A stretch of DNA of 64,000 bases. It comes from an uncultured delta proteobacterium (GTDB lineage Bacteria; Myxococcota; Myxococcia; Myxococcales; Myxococcaceae). Each line of letters begins with the position of its first letter. The stretch's first letter is position 1. Positions 10,869 through 20,054 of this stretch are shown here, piece by piece. The notes under the pieces are model-generated. The model worked only from the letters and a program-made list of their open reading frames with translations, was not told the DNA's origin and made no database searches. A program made the position numbers and the translations under genes. The DNA lies in assembly GCA_963776345.1 (NCBI GenBank), contig CAVZMH010000015.1:96001-160000 (forward strand), in the 5' to 3' direction.

Positions 10869-11654
10869 TCAGGGCCGGGCGCCCTGCCCTCCCAGCCGGT
10901 CCCGCAGCCGGATGCACTCGTCGTGCACCCGCGCCTGCGCCGCGCCGGTGGCATTCTCCACGCAGGCGTCGAAGCTCGCCCGGGCCTCGGCGGTACGGCC
11001 CTGGCGCACCTGGCAGCTGCCCTGGAGCTGGTAGGCCTCGGCCACCTTCGGGCAGGCGCGGACGAACCGCCCGAACTCGGTGCAGGCCGCCGACAGGTCC
11101 CCGCGGGCGTCCTGCACCAGGCCCAGGTTCTTGTAGCCGAGGCAGAACTGGGGATTGGTGGTGACCGCGGCCCGGAGGTGCTCGATGGCCTGGGCGTTGT
11201 TGCCCTTCTTGAAGTACGCCCAGCCGAGGTTGGCCTCGGCGATGTACGGCGTCGCGTAGAGCATGTCGTTCAGCGCCTGCTCGTACAGCCTGATGGCCTC
11301 ATCCAGCCGGCCCTGGTCCAGGTAGAGGTTCCCCAGGTTCACCTTGGCCTCGGAGAAGGCAGGGCGGATCTCGAGGGCGCGCCGGTAGTGCTTCTCGGCC
11401 TCGTCCTTCTTGTCGAACGACAGGTGGAGCAGGAGCGCGATGGCGTTGTGCGCCTCGGCGAAGTCCTCGTCGAGCTTCAGCGACGCCTCGAACTCCTTGA
11501 GCGCGCTCCGCACGTCGCCGGCGGTCTGGGCGCTGACGCCGAGGTCGTAGTGCGCCTCGGCGCCCTGGCGTTCCTTCTCGGTCGGGATGTGGACGCACGC
11601 CGCCAGCAGGCCGGCGACGGCGAGGGCGAGGAGGGCGGCGGAGGGGCGGAGCAT
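10869..11654 (-). CDS. tgl: Type IV pilus secretin pilotin / social-motility TPR lipoprotein Tgl
   Basis: Lipobox LLAAC; TPRs with LNDMLYATPYIAEANLGWAYFKKG and AAVTTNPQFCLGYKNLG plus Cys-rich C-terminus, closely matching Myxococcus Tgl as I recall it. Confidence 0.9.
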   Translation of the reverse strand: MLRPSAALLALAVAGLLAACVHIPTEKERQGAEAHYDLGVSAQTAGDVRSALKEFEASLKLDEDFAEAHNAIALLLHLSFDKKDEAEKHYRRALEIRPAFSEAKVNLGNLYLDQGRLDEAIRLYEQALNDMLYATPYIAEANLGWAYFKKGNNAQAIEHLRAAVTTNPQFCLGYKNLGLVQDARGDLSAACTEFGRFVRACPKVAEAYQLQGSCQVRQGRTAEARASFDACVENATGAAQARVHDECIRLRDRLGGQGARP

Positions 11655-11667
11655 CCTGGAGGGCGGG

Positions 11668-12150
11668 CTAGAACGACGAGAACAGCCGCGCCAGGGCCGC
11701 GCCGGTGGCGGCGCCGGCGCTCCCGGGCTGGCTGGTGGGGGCCACCGCGGGCGTGCTCCCGGTCGCCGCCCGCCCGCCCCGCCACACCGGCACCGACTGG
11801 AGCAGCTCGGCCTGGTGCTCGGGAGAGAGCGAGCGGAAGTTGAGGTTGTCCATCATGAAGCCCATGGACTCGACGAAGCCCAGGGCCTCGGTCTGGAGCG
11901 CCCGGTACTCCTCGGGCGTCTGGGCGGTGGCCGGGGTGGTGTAGACCGCGCACTCCTTGGTCTCGGAGAGCCAGAGGTACACGCCCACCGAGAACCCGTG
12001 CGTCCCCCGGAGGCAGGCGATGAAGGCCTGGGCCGGACCGGCACGGCGTCCGGGGACCACCACGTGGGGCGCGTTGATGCTCTGGAACAGGGCCGCGACC
12101 TGCTCGCGTGCGGCCTCGAGTCCACGCGCCTGGTCGTCGATCGAGAACAC
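11668..12150 (-). CDS. Conserved myxobacterial protein encoded upstream of tgl
   Basis: 160-aa ORF; SINAPHV, ALGFVESMGFMMDNLNFR and C-terminal LARLFSSF; 13 nt from tgl start. Confidence 0.8.
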   Translation of the reverse strand: MFSIDDQARGLEAAREQVAALFQSINAPHVVVPGRRAGPAQAFIACLRGTHGFSVGVYLWLSETKECAVYTTPATAQTPEEYRALQTEALGFVESMGFMMDNLNFRSLSPEHQAELLQSVPVWRGGRAATGSTPAVAPTSQPGSAGAATGAALARLFSSF

Positions 12151-12187
12151 GGTGTTGGATGCTTATGCCACGACCTCGCCAGCGGTT

Positions 12188-12886
12188 CTAGCGAGCGGCC
12201 GACTGGGGGTCGCGAACGGCGTACGCCCAGTCGCCGCCGAGGCCCTCCCCGGTGCGGAAGCGCCCGAAGTCGCGCTTCACGCGGCGCGGGTAGAACCGGT
12301 ACGGGTCCAGCGAGCGCTCGCGGATGGCCTGGCGGATCCGGTCGGGGCCGGCGTTGTAGGCCATGAGCGCCATGGAGAGGTCGCCGCCGAAGCGGTCCTG
12401 GAGCGAGCGGAGGTACCGGATGCCCAGGCGCACGCAGAGCGCCGGGTCGGCCGCCATCTCCTCCCGGGTGAGGCGCAGCCCCTGCTTCTCGGCGAACCAG
12501 TGGAGGGTCGCGGGCTTGATCTGCATCAGCCCGCGGGCGCCACGGGAGCTGACCGCGTCCACGTCGAAGTCGCTCTCCACGTCGATGATGGCGAGGATGA
12601 GCAGCGGGTCGTAGCCGGCGCGCCGGGCCTCCTCGGCGATGGCGCGGCTCACCTGCGCCCGGAGCACGAGACCGAGCTCCGGGGCCCGCTTGGCGAGCAC
12701 CGAGTCGATGAGCGCCAGGTCCGGGTCGGGCTGCGCCACGGCCGCGGCCGCCTCGGCCGTGACCGGCGAGCGCCCTTGCACGGTGCCCTCGATGCGCGCC
12801 GCCCCCAGGAGGAAGGCGGCCGCCACCAGCGGCAGCACCGCGCAGTGCGAGCTCAGCGCGTGCATCTGGAACAGCAGTCGTCGCAC
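12188..12886 (-). CDS. Lytic transglycosylase (SLT domain)
   Basis: LAIIDVESDF, AVSSRGARGLMQI, ALMAYNAGP; GTG start after AAGGAG. Confidence 0.92.
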   Translation of the reverse strand: MRRLLFQMHALSSHCAVLPLVAAAFLLGAARIEGTVQGRSPVTAEAAAAVAQPDPDLALIDSVLAKRAPELGLVLRAQVSRAIAEEARRAGYDPLLILAIIDVESDFDVDAVSSRGARGLMQIKPATLHWFAEKQGLRLTREEMAADPALCVRLGIRYLRSLQDRFGGDLSMALMAYNAGPDRIRQAIRERSLDPYRFYPRRVKRDFGRFRTGEGLGGDWAYAVRDPQSAAR

Positions 12887-12925
12887 CGGTCCGTCAGCTC
12901 CTTCCAAGGGAGTCGAGGCGGCGCG

Positions 12926-13270
12926 CTACGCCCCTCGCTCCAGTCGCTCCAGCCGCTCGGCCACCCGGTCCAGCCGGGCCACCAGCTCCTGGACCTCGTC
13001 TCGACGCGGGACCCGGAGACGCTGCAGCGCGCCCCGGACCCGCTCCTCCAGCCCCTGCTCCAGCTCCTTTCGCTGGGCCGCCAGCCGCTCGGCCAGCTCA
13101 GCCATCTGGCGCCGGACCTCGTCCTGACTCCACCCGGCGACCGTCTGGGCACGCTGCACGACCCGCGCCGCCTCGTCCTCGACGCTGGACACCGCGGTGA
13201 CGGCCTGGGCCCACATCCGCTCCAGGGCCTCGACAACCGGCCGTTTGTCCTTGAGAAGTTCCCCTGCCAT
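12926..13270 (-). CDS. Phasin-family (PHA granule-associated) coiled-coil protein
   Basis: Amphipathic helical protein ending LQRLRVPRRDEVQELVARLDRVAERLE, typical of PhaI/PhaF-type phasins. Confidence 0.7.
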   Translation of the reverse strand: MAGELLKDKRPVVEALERMWAQAVTAVSSVEDEAARVVQRAQTVAGWSQDEVRRQMAELAERLAAQRKELEQGLEERVRGALQRLRVPRRDEVQELVARLDRVAERLERLERGA

Positions 13271-13405
13271 GTCGGACTCCAGCGCCAGGACGCCTGCCTG
13301 ACCATCAGGCAGGGTGCCGGTCCACGCCAGAAACATAAGCACCACCCCGGGGTGAAGCCATTTCAAGGGTGGCGCCGTGGGGTCTGGGATGACCCACTGC
13401 CCTCG

Positions 13406-13741
13406 CTAAACGCGGGCGTCGGTCTTCGTCGGGGTCTTCTTCTCGACCAGGGCGTCCACCTTCTTGGACAGCTTCGACAGCTCCCGGGTCAGGATCTTGA
13501 TCTGGCTCTGGGTGGCCACGCCGGCGGCCTGGATGAGGCGGTTCTGGAACGTTTCCGCGGTCTTGCGGACCTCGTTCCCGAGCGCCTTGGTGCGCTTGGC
13601 GGTGGTGGCCTGGAGCTCCTGGCCCTTCGCCACCCACTCCTTGATGGTCTTCTCGGCCTCTCGCTGGATGACCACGAACCGCTTCTGGGCCTCCACGAGC
13701 TGCTCCTTCACGAACGCCGGAACCTCGCTGTTCTTGGACAT
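13406..13741 (-). CDS. Phasin-like coiled-coil protein
   Basis: Start MSKNSE after GGAGG; GVATQSQIKILTRELSKLSKKVDAL C-terminal pattern and Lys-rich tail. Confidence 0.65.
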   Translation of the reverse strand: MSKNSEVPAFVKEQLVEAQKRFVVIQREAEKTIKEWVAKGQELQATTAKRTKALGNEVRKTAETFQNRLIQAAGVATQSQIKILTRELSKLSKKVDALVEKKTPTKTDARV

Positions 13742-13802
13742 GACACTCGCCTCCTTCGGGCAAAGCCTCGACGGGCTGGCTGACGTGCCGCCCGGCACGG
13801 TG

Positions 13803-13830
13803 CTCATAACGCACCGCGCCAACGTGTCAA
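13803..13830 (-). promoter_or_regulatory. Putative sigma70-type promoter of the phasin genes
   Basis: Minus strand TTGACA-N16-TATGAG upstream of ATG 13741; perfect -35, weak -10. Confidence 0.45.
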
Positions 13831-13856
13831 GCGAAGGCTGGTGACGGCGAGGTTGG

Positions 13857-13961
13857 CTACTTCGCGGAGGCGGCAGCGGTCTTCTTGCGCTCGCGCCGCT
13901 TCTTCCAGTGCTGCTTGATCTTCATCTGCTTGCGCCGGTGCTTGCTCCTGCTGCGGGCCAT
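13857..13961 (-). CDS. 34-aa highly basic microprotein (MARSRSKHRRKQMKIKQHWKKRRERKKTAAASAK)
   Basis: Below ORF-track cutoff; ATG preceded by AAGGAG at 5 nt, G/C-ending codons almost throughout, TAG stop, fills an otherwise empty gap. Confidence 0.75.
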   Translation of the reverse strand: MARSRSKHRRKQMKIKQHWKKRRERKKTAAASAK

Positions 13962-14022
13962 CCCTGCTCCTTGGTTCGTCGTCTGAGGAGGGGCCGCCTC
14001 TACCAGAGGAGACCGGGGCCCG

Positions 14023-15303
14023 TCACGTGTCCGACCCGTCCGGGGGGCGCGTGGGGAAGGGAATCCCCTCCGCGCCGCGCACCGCGGTGGGCAGCGCCTC
14101 GGCCACGGTCACGGTGCCCTCCCGGTCGCGGTCCGGTGGAGGCCCGGGCGGCGACGGCGCGCGGCGCCGCTGCCCGAGCGCGGGGCGGACCGCCTCCATG
14201 AACCGCCGCACCTCGTCCAGGGGGAGCGCCGGACAGTGGTTCCCGTTGATGCCGGTCATCGGGCCGGCCATGCACATCGAGTTGAGGATCGCCTCCTCGG
14301 TGGCCTCCATCACCGCCTCGTAGAGCGGGTCCAGTCGCTGATCGAGGAGGAACTTCACCTTGGTGACCATCTTCTGCGTGCGGCGGGGGATGACGTTGGC
14401 GGTGGAGAAGCCGACCACGATCTCTCCCGAGCCGTGCGCGGCGTAGCTGCCCACGCGTCCGATGCCCAGCGCGACGCGCCGGCAGAGCCGGTTGATCTGG
14501 TTGGGCAGGAGCGGCGCGTCGGTGGCCACCACGGCGATGATGCTCCCGTACGTCGTGGTGCGCCGGGGCACCTCGCGGAAGCGCTCCTCGAGCACCTCCC
14601 CCAGCGGCAATCCACCCATCCGGAGGTTGTGCATCTTCCCGAAGTTGGACATCACCAGCACGCCCAGCGTGTAGCCGCCGTGCGACTCGGGGAGCTTTCG
14701 CGAGGACGTGCCGATGCCTGCCTTGAAGTCGCAGGTCACCATCCCGGTACCCGCGCCCACGCTCCCCTCCGCCACCGGCCCGCCCGCCGCCGAGGCCACC
14801 GCCGAGCGCACGTGCTCCTCGCGCACGTGACGGCCGGTGATGTCGTTGAGCCAGCTGTCGTCGCACTCGCCGACCACCGGGATGATGACGTCGTGCTCGT
14901 CGCCGATGCCCGGGTACTGCTCCACCATGATGCGGGCCATGGCGTCCGACACCACGCCAACCGACATGGTGTTGGTGAGGAGGATGGGCGTCTCCAGCAA
15001 ACCCCACTCCATCACCTGGGTGAGCCCGGAGACCTCGCCGGCGCCGTTGAGCACGAAGGCGCCGCCGTGCAGCCGCTCCACGAAGATGTTGCCCCCGCTG
15101 GGGACGATGGCGGTGACCCCGGTCCGCACCGGCCCCTTGCCCGGCCGGAGCGGACCCTCGCCCGCGATGAGCGTGGTGTGACCGACCAGGACGCCGCCCA
15201 CGTCGGTGATGGCGTTGAAGCGGCCCGGGCGGAAGCGCCCCAGCGGCAGGTCCAGGGCTCGGGCCCGCACCCGTGGAACGGCGGTCTCCAGGGCCTCGGC
15301 CAT
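14023..15303 (-). CDS. DmpA/P1 family (S58) aminopeptidase
   Basis: NAITDVGGVLVGH, RTGVTAI, LNGAGE, ECDDSWLNDI, EGSVGAGTGM, KAGIGTSSR, GSIIAVVATDAPL (G/S autocleavage site), HGSGEI. Confidence 0.93.
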   Translation of the reverse strand: MAEALETAVPRVRARALDLPLGRFRPGRFNAITDVGGVLVGHTTLIAGEGPLRPGKGPVRTGVTAIVPSGGNIFVERLHGGAFVLNGAGEVSGLTQVMEWGLLETPILLTNTMSVGVVSDAMARIMVEQYPGIGDEHDVIIPVVGECDDSWLNDITGRHVREEHVRSAVASAAGGPVAEGSVGAGTGMVTCDFKAGIGTSSRKLPESHGGYTLGVLVMSNFGKMHNLRMGGLPLGEVLEERFREVPRRTTTYGSIIAVVATDAPLLPNQINRLCRRVALGIGRVGSYAAHGSGEIVVGFSTANVIPRRTQKMVTKVKFLLDQRLDPLYEAVMEATEEAILNSMCMAGPMTGINGNHCPALPLDEVRRFMEAVRPALGQRRRAPSPPGPPPDRDREGTVTVAEALPTAVRGAEGIPFPTRPPDGSDT

Positions 15304-15316
15304 GACCCGGCCGACC

Positions 15317-15985
15317 TTACTCCCTCGGCCGGGCTCCCTCGATCAACATCACGTTCATGATGCCCACCAGCTGCTCGAGCGGCGGCACCGAGAGCTCCAG
15401 CGCGTTGAACTGGCCGTTGGCGACGAGCTCCGACAGCCCGTGCACCATCGACCAGGCGCAGAGCGCCGCGACCAGAGGGTCGCCGGGCCGGATGAGCCCC
15501 GCGGCCTGGCAAGCCCTCACCTGGGAGATGAGCACCCCGAAGGCGTGGTCCGCGCTCTCCTCGAGCTTCAGGTGCTCGCAGCTCCAGTCGACGTGGTTCC
15601 CGAACATCACCTGGAAGTGCGCGCGCTTGGTGGTGGCGAACCGGACGTAGGCCGTGCCGATGGCCTGCAGGCCCCGCCCCGGGTCCCCGGGATGCGCGGC
15701 GGCGCCGCTCGCCATCTCGGCGGCGAGCATCCGGAAGCCCTCCTCCGCCACCACGGCGAGGAGCGCCTGCTTGTCGGCGAAGTGCCGGTACGGCGCGGCG
15801 TGGGTGACGCCCGCCCGGCGCGCCACCTCGCGGAGGGTGAGCGCGCTCGCCCCCTCGCGGGAGAGCACCTCCAGCGCCGCGTCGAGCAGCGCGCGGCGGA
15901 GGTCGCCGTGATGGTACCTCCCATGCTTCTTCTCCACGGCCGAACGCGCGGGGCCGCGCGCCCGGGCCCGCGTCACCGGGCTCAC
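15317..15985 (-). CDS. TetR/AcrR family regulator (WHG-type C-terminus)
   Basis: YHHGDLRRALLDAA, LTLREVARRAGVTHAAPYRHF, WSMVHG; GTG overlaps upstream stop (exact start uncertain). Confidence 0.92.
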   Translation of the reverse strand: MSPVTRARARGPARSAVEKKHGRYHHGDLRRALLDAALEVLSREGASALTLREVARRAGVTHAAPYRHFADKQALLAVVAEEGFRMLAAEMASGAAAHPGDPGRGLQAIGTAYVRFATTKRAHFQVMFGNHVDWSCEHLKLEESADHAFGVLISQVRACQAAGLIRPGDPLVAALCAWSMVHGLSELVANGQFNALELSVPPLEQLVGIMNVMLIEGARPRE

Positions 15986-18099
15986 CCCTTGCCCTCGCGG
16001 AGCTCGACCGGGGACAGCTCGGCGACCGCGCTCCCGTTCGCCTGGGCCGCGGGCACGTCGGCGGCGCGCCGCTGCTCGCGCTCCTTGTAGCGACGGATGG
16101 CGCCGCTCAGGATCTCGCCGATGAGGGTCCGGTAGTCCATGCCTGCGCCCTTGGCGATGAGCACCAGGTCGCTCCACCCCGGGGTCAGGCCGGGCAGCGG
16201 GTTGCACTCGAGGAAGTAGAAGCGGCCCCGGGCATCCATCTTGAAGTCGATCCGCGCCACGTCCCGGCACCCCAGCGCCATGAACGCCCCGCGCGCCGCG
16301 GTGCGCAGCTTCTCGATCTGGTTGGGCTCGAGCTTGGCTGGCACGTCGTAGCGGATGCGATCGTTCCAGTCGAGCTTGTGCTGGAAGCTGTAGACCGGGT
16401 TCTCCTCCTCGGTGTCCACGAAGACGATCTCCATCGGCGGCAGCACCCGCGGCCGCCGCTCGCCGAGCAGGCCCACGGTGAACTCGCGCCCCCGGATGTA
16501 CTCCTCCACCAGCGCGGGCTGCTGGTACTTGGAGACCATCTCCCGCACCACCTCGCGGAGCTCGGCCTCGTTCTGCACCACGCTCTTGCTCACCACGCCC
16601 TTGCTCGAGCCCTCCGCCACCGGCTTCACCATCAGCGGGAAGTCGGTGAACTCCCGATTCAGCCGCTCCTTCCCGGTGGTGAAGATCTGGAAGTTGGGGG
16701 TGTGGATGCCGTGCTGGCGGACGATCTTCTTGGCCAGCGCCTTGTCCAGGGCGAGCGAGAGCGTGGCCGGGTCGCTCCCGGTGTACGGGATGTCCAGGAG
16801 CTCGAGCAGCGAGGGAACCTGCGCCTCGCGGTTCCTTCCCTTGAAGCCCTCGGCGATGTTGAAGACCAGATCGAGCGGGGTGACCGCGAGGACGGTGGGC
16901 AGCTCCTGGTTCGCCTCGAGGTCGATGACCTCGTGCCCCCAGGAGGCGATGGCCTCACGGATCGCCTGGAGCGTGCTCGGGCTGTCGTACTCGGCCTCGG
17001 AGTCCTCCACCGCGTCGGCGGTGGGCTTGATGCGCTTGACGTTGTAGGCGAACCCGACGCGCAGCGGCCCGGACTTCCGGGTGGGCTTCCCCTGCCGGCG
17101 CGGGCTCTCCTTGATGCCGTAGCGGCGGGCGGCGGCCTGGATGACCGAGCCGATGACCGCGTCGAAGTGCAGGCCCTCGAGCTCGGCCGCGGCGTAGATC
17201 CCGGCGCCCGGCTCCAGCGAGGGCAGGGCGTTGATCTCCAGGAAGTACGGCACGCCGGCGTCGCTGAGCCGGAAGTCGATCCGGCCGAGGTCGCGGCAGT
17301 CGGTGAGCCGGAACACCGTCTGCGCGGTCCGCCGGAGCTCGTCGACGATCGCCGGGGGGAGGGAGGCCGGCGCCTTCACCCGCACCGCCCGATCCTCGGA
17401 CGTCTTGAGGGCGTAGTCGTAGATGGCGTAGCGGCGCTGGCGCGACACCTCCGGGTCGACGACGTACTCCACCGGCGCGAGCACCCCGTCGTACTCGTTC
17501 TCCACCGCGGCGAGGTACGGGACGGTGAGGTCGCGCCCCGAGATGTACTCCTCCACCAGGACGCCGGCCGGGTAGCGCTCGAGCGCCCAGGCGACCTTCT
17601 CCTCCAGCTCGGCCACCGTCTCGGCCACCGAGTCCTGGGTGATGCCCTTGCTGCTCCCCTCGAAGTTCGGCTTGACGATGACCGGGAAACGCAGCGCCGA
17701 GGCCTTCAGCTCGTCCAGCGTCTCGACGTACTGCCACCCCGGCGTACGGACGTCGTGGTCGCGGAGGATGAGCTTGGTGAGCTGCTTGTCCAGGGTGACC
17801 GCCAGCGCGTAGGCGTCGCTTCCCGTGTAGGGGAAGCCCAGCTCGTCGAAGAGCGCCGGGTAGAAGGCCTCGCGGAAGCGCCCTCGCCTCCCCTCGGCGG
17901 TGTTGAAGATGAGGTCCGGCGAGTACGCCTCGAGCCGGGCCACCGTCCGCGAGGCGGGCCCGGAGACCTCGAAGCGCTCCAGCCGGTGCCCGAGCCGGTC
18001 GATGGCCCCGGCGAGGGCGTCCACCGTCTGCTGGGTGTCGAACTCGGCCTCTTCCTCGGAGTCGGAGAGGCGGAGGTTGTAGGTCAGCGCGATTCGCAC
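15982..18099 (-). CDS. Tandem-duplicated D-Ala-D-Ala-ligase-like ATP-grasp protein
   Basis: Two full ATP-grasp repeats: FNTAEG/FNIAEG, PYTGSD x2, LDK x2, VKP..EGSSKG x2, VEEYI.GR x2, RIDF x2, FLEINALP/FLECNPLP. Confidence 0.9.
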   Translation of the reverse strand: MRIALTYNLRLSDSEEEAEFDTQQTVDALAGAIDRLGHRLERFEVSGPASRTVARLEAYSPDLIFNTAEGRRGRFREAFYPALFDELGFPYTGSDAYALAVTLDKQLTKLILRDHDVRTPGWQYVETLDELKASALRFPVIVKPNFEGSSKGITQDSVAETVAELEEKVAWALERYPAGVLVEEYISGRDLTVPYLAAVENEYDGVLAPVEYVVDPEVSRQRRYAIYDYALKTSEDRAVRVKAPASLPPAIVDELRRTAQTVFRLTDCRDLGRIDFRLSDAGVPYFLEINALPSLEPGAGIYAAAELEGLHFDAVIGSVIQAAARRYGIKESPRRQGKPTRKSGPLRVGFAYNVKRIKPTADAVEDSEAEYDSPSTLQAIREAIASWGHEVIDLEANQELPTVLAVTPLDLVFNIAEGFKGRNREAQVPSLLELLDIPYTGSDPATLSLALDKALAKKIVRQHGIHTPNFQIFTTGKERLNREFTDFPLMVKPVAEGSSKGVVSKSVVQNEAELREVVREMVSKYQQPALVEEYIRGREFTVGLLGERRPRVLPPMEIVFVDTEEENPVYSFQHKLDWNDRIRYDVPAKLEPNQIEKLRTAARGAFMALGCRDVARIDFKMDARGRFYFLECNPLPGLTPGWSDLVLIAKGAGMDYRTLIGEILSGAIRRYKEREQRRAADVPAAQANGSAVAELSPVELREGKG

Positions 18100-18104
18100 G
18101 GCGT

Positions 18105-18695
18105 TCAGCGTCCTCCCGAGCAATCCGACCGGTCGGCGCTGCCGGTCATCCAGCGCCCCGGGCCCACCGGGACGCTCGGCGCCCGGGCCAGCGCCTGCGA
18201 GCCCGAGACCACCTTCCCGTCCACCACCTGGGTCTGGGCCCAGACGTCCCCGAGCCGCCGCCCCAGAGGGTCGCGCCGCGCCTTCCACGCCTCGACGCCA
18301 ACGATGACCACCAGGCCCGCCAGACCCGCCCGGAGACCCAGGGGCTCGGGCATCATTCGAAGGAGCACCACCAGGGCCAGCGGCGCGTTCCGCAGGGTGC
18401 TGTCCCGGAACCGGGCGTCGGTCCGCATCGGGAGGAAGACCGCCTTCACCCCGAAGATGCGCTTGCCCACGCTCTGGCCGTGGAAGATGCCGTCGGCCAA
18501 TAGGAGATAGAGCAGCGCCACCACCAGGCCCGCCCGGCCCGCCGCCAGCGCCAGCGCCCAGGCCACGCCCACGTCCGCCAGGCGCGCCATCCCCCGGAGG
18601 AGAAGCGAGCACCGCGGGTACGGCGACTCGGGGATGCCGTCCTCGGGGACCAGCTGGAGCGTGGGGCCGCCGAAGGGGGCGCGCAGTCGGCTCAT
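18105..18695 (-). CDS. RDD family membrane protein
   Basis: LRGMARLAD, GQSVGKRIFG, GRRLGDVWAQTQVV with hydrophobic segments. Confidence 0.85.
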   Translation of the reverse strand: MSRLRAPFGGPTLQLVPEDGIPESPYPRCSLLLRGMARLADVGVAWALALAAGRAGLVVALLYLLLADGIFHGQSVGKRIFGVKAVFLPMRTDARFRDSTLRNAPLALVVLLRMMPEPLGLRAGLAGLVVIVGVEAWKARRDPLGRRLGDVWAQTQVVDGKVVSGSQALARAPSVPVGPGRWMTGSADRSDCSGGR

Positions 18696-19027
18696 GGTTC
18701 GTCTCCCTCCGCGGCCAGCGCCGCCAGCCGGCTCCAGGCGTCGGGCGCCGGGGCCTCGCTCCTGGTCACCGCCGCGCGCGGCGCCTCCGCCCCCGGCTCG
18801 CCCGCCAGGGTGAAGAACACGAAGGCCATCGCCGGACGCTTCGAGGATTCGCGCATCGCGAACTGCACGCTCTCCAGCGACCAGCCCTGCCCCACCCAGA
18901 GGTTCACCGTGTGCTCCAGGCTGCCCTCGTCCACAGTGGAGAGCTCCACCACCTTGTACTGCAGCACCGGCGGCCGGGGCGGGGTCCTCCGGGAGCTCCT
19001 GCGCTTGACCTTCCGCGCGCCGCTCAC
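18692..19027 (-). CDS. DUF4177-like small protein
   Basis: [29 protein letters not shown]; overlaps hemB stop and RDD start. Confidence 0.7.
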   Translation of the reverse strand: MSGARKVKRRSSRRTPPRPPVLQYKVVELSTVDEGSLEHTVNLWVGQGWSLESVQFAMRESSKRPAMAFVFFTLAGEPGAEAPRAAVTRSEAPAPDAWSRLAALAAEGDEP

Positions 19028-19998
19028 GAGTCGAGCAGCTCGGCGGCTTCCACCGCGTGGTAGGTGAGGATGAGGTCCGCGCCGGCGCGCTTGATCGAGG
19101 TCAGCACCTCCATCATCACCCGCTGCCCGTCGATCCAGCCGTTGGCCGCGGCCGCCTTCACCATCGCGTACTCGCCCGAGACGTTGTACGCGGCGACCGG
19201 CACGTCGAACCGCTCCTTCACCCTGGCGATGACGTCCAGGTACGAGAGCGCCGGCTTCACCATGACCAGATCTGCGCCCTCCTCGATGTCGAGGGCGGTC
19301 TCCTTGAGCGCCTCGCGGACGTTCCCCGGGTCCATCTGGTAGCCGCGCCGGTCGCCGAACTGCGGCGTGCTCTGGGCGGCCTCGCGGAACGGCCCGTAGA
19401 AGCCCGAGGCGTACTTGGCCGCGTAGCTGAGGATGGGCGTCCGGGCCAGCCCGGCCTCGTCGAGCGCCGAGCGGATGGCCCGCACCCGGCCGTCCATCAT
19501 GTCCGAGGGGGCGACGATGTCCGCCCCCGCCTTCGCGCAGGACACCGCCATCTGCGCCAGCAGCGGCAGGCTCTGGTCGTTGTCCACCTCGCCGCCGTGG
19601 ATGACGCCGCAATGGCCGTGGTCGGTGTACTCGCAGAGGCACACGTCGGCGATGAGCTGCATCTCGGGCACCGAGTCCTTCAGCGCCCGGAGCGCCTTCT
19701 GGACGATGCCGTCCTCCGCCCAGGCCCCGGTGCCCCGCGGGTCCTTGTGGCCGGGGATGCCGAAGAGGATGACCGAGGGCACACCGACCGCCCGCGCCCG
19801 CTTCGCCTCCTCGACCGCCAGGTCCACCGAGAGGTTGTCGATGCCCGGCATCGAGGGCACGGGCCTCCGCACGCCCCGGCCCTCGACGACGAAGAGCGGA
19901 TAGATGAAGTCGGACGGGTGGAGCTCGGTCTCGCGCACCATGCGCCGGAGCGCCTCGGTGCGGCGGAGTCGCCGGGGACGGTGGATGGGGAAGGCCAT
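19024..19998 (-). CDS. hemB: Porphobilinogen synthase (Zn-binding type)
   Basis: [51 protein letters not shown]. Confidence 0.98.
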   Translation of the reverse strand: MAFPIHRPRRLRRTEALRRMVRETELHPSDFIYPLFVVEGRGVRRPVPSMPGIDNLSVDLAVEEAKRARAVGVPSVILFGIPGHKDPRGTGAWAEDGIVQKALRALKDSVPEMQLIADVCLCEYTDHGHCGVIHGGEVDNDQSLPLLAQMAVSCAKAGADIVAPSDMMDGRVRAIRSALDEAGLARTPILSYAAKYASGFYGPFREAAQSTPQFGDRRGYQMDPGNVREALKETALDIEEGADLVMVKPALSYLDVIARVKERFDVPVAAYNVSGEYAMVKAAAANGWIDGQRVMMEVLTSIKRAGADLILTYHAVEAAELLDS

Positions 19999-20054
19999 GC
20001 TGTTCGCTCCGTTGTACCGCGGAGAGCGTACACCGGGTATGCAACGCGCGCCCC

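Noticed and set aside
15982..18099. Calling the tandem ATP-grasp gene ddl
   Set aside because: Lacks the N-terminal GGxSxE motif, is duplicated, and has no cell-wall gene context
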